From Octopus sinensis (taxonomy: Eukaryota), in NCBI RefSeq assembly GCF_006345805.1, contig NC_042997.1, positions 85,374,001 to 85,438,000 of the forward strand: a stretch of DNA of 64,000 bases, in the 5' to 3' direction. Of the stretch, positions 61,471-64,000 are shown piece by piece. Each line of letters starts with the position of its first letter. The stretch's first letter is position 1. The translations under genes and the position numbers were made by a program. The notes beneath the pieces were generated by a model. The model had not been told where the DNA came from. It did no database searches and worked only from the letters and a program-made list of their open reading frames with translations.

Positions 61471-61682
61471 TGAGGGGGTGCTAAAAAGTGCCTGGCTTTG
61501 GGTAAAATATAAAAGGATCAGTTAATTATGATTTTATTCAACCTATTCTCTTCTCAGAGGCACACACTTATTGCAGGGGTCCTTCAGTTTTTTCTAAGCC
61601 CTGTAAAAGAACTCAGAAGATTGGGCTTCTAGCCAGGCCTTTCGCGGTACCCTCAAAATCAGGAACTTTTCAGCACCCCTCG
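61471..61682. mobile_element. Mariner-type MITE (212 bp)
   Basis: TIRs TA|tgagggggtgctaaaaagtgcctgg and tcaggaacttttcagcacccctcg. Confidence 0.75.
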
Positions 61683-61757
61683 CACATGTACTGGATGTTA
61701 TTCTTACAATATTAAAGGAGGATGGGAGGGGAGGAGAGAAGGAGGAAGGGGGGGAAT

Positions 61758-61970
61758 CCTTTCTACTACGGGCACAAGGCGTGAAATTTTGGGTGGGGAG
61801 GCTGGTTGATTACATTGACCCCAGTGCTCAACTGGCACATGTTTTATCGACTCCAAAAGGATGAAAGGCGATGTTGATCTCGCCATTACTTGAATTAAGA
61901 ACGTAAAGAGCTGGAAGAATTGCCGCTAAACATTTTATCCGACGCACTAACGATCCAGCCAACTTGCCAG
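61758..61970 (-). mobile_element. SINE family A
   Basis: Matches the family consensus. Confidence 0.7.
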
Positions 61971-62140
61971 TTATTAGAGAACCTAAAAATTAGAATTAGA
62001 ACATAACCACCCACAAAAAAAAATTAGGGGCATACAGAACTGATAAAATACAACATACAGGAATGAGCGGGGGCGGAATTAATGAAGAATACAGCAGAAG
62101 TCAATATAATATCTAAAACTGAACTCGGCTGTGTGGAGGT

Positions 62141-62319
62141 ACAGGCGTGGCTGTGTGGTAAGAAGTTTACTTTCCAACCACATGGTTCCAGGCTCATTTC
62201 CACTGCGTGGCACCTTGGACAAATGTCTTCTACTATAGCCATGGGCCGATCAAAACCTTGAGAGTGAATTTGGCAGACGGAAACCGAAAAATGCCTATCG
62301 TATATAAATGTGTGTGTAT

Positions 62320-62355
<36 letters not shown>

Positions 62356-62540
62356 ACTACCGCTTGACACCTGGTGTTGGTGTGTCTCTGTCCCTATAAC
62401 TTAGCGATTCGGCATAAGAGACTGTTAGAATAAGTATCAGGCTTAAAAAGAAAATAAGAACTAAAATTCGACTAAAATTCCTCAAGGTGGTGCCCCAGCA
62501 TGTCCGCAGTCTAATGCCTGAAACAAGATAAAAGTAAAAG
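62141..62540 (+). mobile_element. SINE family B
   Basis: Matches the family consensus. Confidence 0.8.
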
Positions 62541-62554
62541 AAAGAATATCAGAA

Positions 62555-63000
62555 ACAACATAATAAGTATAGATACATCAAAGCCACAGTCGAACCAATC
62601 CTACTATATGGCTCAGAAACCTGGACGTTATCAAAGAAGCTTGAGAGGCGGTTGGATGGAACTTACACTCGCCTCCTTATGAGAGCTCAAAATATCTCGT
62701 GGAGGCGCCATCCAACTAAAATGCAAATATATGGGAAATTACCACCTGTGTCATCTCTTGTGAAAGGTAGGAGAGTCCAGTTTGCTGGACATTGTTGTAG
62801 AGCTGAAAAAGAAGTAATTTCTACTCTTCTCCTCTGGAAGCCATCTACTCGCAACACCAGAGGGCGCACACTCTCCTACCCTGATGTAATCTCCAGGGAT
62901 ACAGGCATGATGGACCATGATGCTATGATGGACCGTGAAGTCTGGCGCAACATAGTAAATTCCATTGTCTCGACCACGGTCGAACAATGATGATGATGAT
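62555..63000 (+). mobile_element. 5'-truncated RTE-clade LINE 3' end with a (TGA)n tail
   Basis: KATVEPILLYGSETWTL..RLDGTYTRLL..RRVQFAGHC..LLLWKP..RGRTLSYPDVI..DREVWR, then tgatgatgatga. Confidence 0.85.
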
Positions 63001-63769
63001 AGATACATCTACTACATATGTAGGAAATTCTGTCTTTAAGTGTGCTTGTGGAGTTGTTAGCTAACTCCTCCTACATCGTTTTATCGATTTTGATGAAACT
63101 TTCCACGTGAGTAAAACCTATGTCTGGAAACCTCATGGCATGCCCAGATTGTTGAAAAAAAAATCGATAACAGGGCCCCAGGAAGGGATCCTTATATATA
63201 TCTAATATATTTCATTTTAACAGCCAAGGAAAATAACCCATTCATTTTCCTAAATCATTTGGTATAAATCAAATTGACTATGCTTATTTCTTAGTATTTG
63301 AACTGGTAGAATTATTTTCGCAATTTATCCAGTACAACCCTTAAACAACTAAAAAGTATTTTCCTAAACAATAGATCAACTTATTTCGGTTAGTGAACTC
63401 GAATATACCGACACTAGCGCCACTGAGGGTAATATTCTCTGGGAACGCACAAAGCCCATTTCAGAGATATTTATTTTGAATTGTTATTATCTCATATTTG
63501 ATTAGCCTGTTATTACGTGACATGCTTCACGATTTTAGTATACATACATTATTAGTATTTCCTCTGGCTACTTTTCAGGCTACTTTATTTGAATTCTTAC
63601 GATTGAGTAACTAATTTCATGTTATTACGTAACTGACTTCTCAATTTGGGTATTAATAACTTATTGGGAATTCCTAAAAGCAAGATCCTGTGTAAGACAG
63701 TTCAGTTTTCTCTGTAAATGCACAAAATCCGTTTTAAGGCCTACATACTTTGTATTGTTGTTATTGGAC

Positions 63770-64000
63770 TAGCGAGACAATTAAGAGAACAGAACCAAGG
63801 GATAAGCCCCGTTTTCCCGGGAATTACTGGGTACGTCAGCTAGTCAAAGTATTGATTATTTTCAATAATTTGGAAGTTAAATGAACTGAAGAACTTAGAT
63901 AAGAAAACCAGAAAATGATTTACGACATACAAAATACTCTTCTAAAACTAGGCTATAACTACCGTTTTCACAAGGAGAAATGGAGATGATACAAATAAGA
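63770..64000 (+). mobile_element. R4/Dong-like LINE fragment running off the window end
   Basis: IIWKLNELKNLDKKTRK*FTTY, resembling INW...EL..LDRKTRK.LT.Y. Confidence 0.55.

Overview
AT-rich eukaryotic DNA that is almost entirely transposable-element debris and microsatellites. I infer an octopus or other coleoid cephalopod from the tRNA-derived SINE families and the dense (TA)n/(CA)n/(TAA)n tracts; this was not confirmed by a search. I found no intact host protein-coding gene, RNA gene or CRISPR array. Supported elements: Tx1/L1-clade, RTE and R4/Dong-like LINE fragments; two Penelope-like (Neptune-type) relics; a decayed Mag-type Gypsy provirus (38.3-42.7 kb); a long-TIR Tc1 element; two mariners; Tigger/pogo and mariner MITEs; an unclassified DDD transposase relic; and about 30 SINE copies in three families. 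The most unusual structure is at 49,406-54,304. It is a young, CpG-rich LTR element with no recognisable gag or pol, arranged as LTR-internal-LTR-internal-LTR. It has a tRNA-Trp PBS, a PPT, hairpin-rich LTRs and a chimeric middle LTR, and it sits inside a Penelope relic. All alignments and translations were done by eye, so boundaries are approximate unless terminal motifs are quoted.
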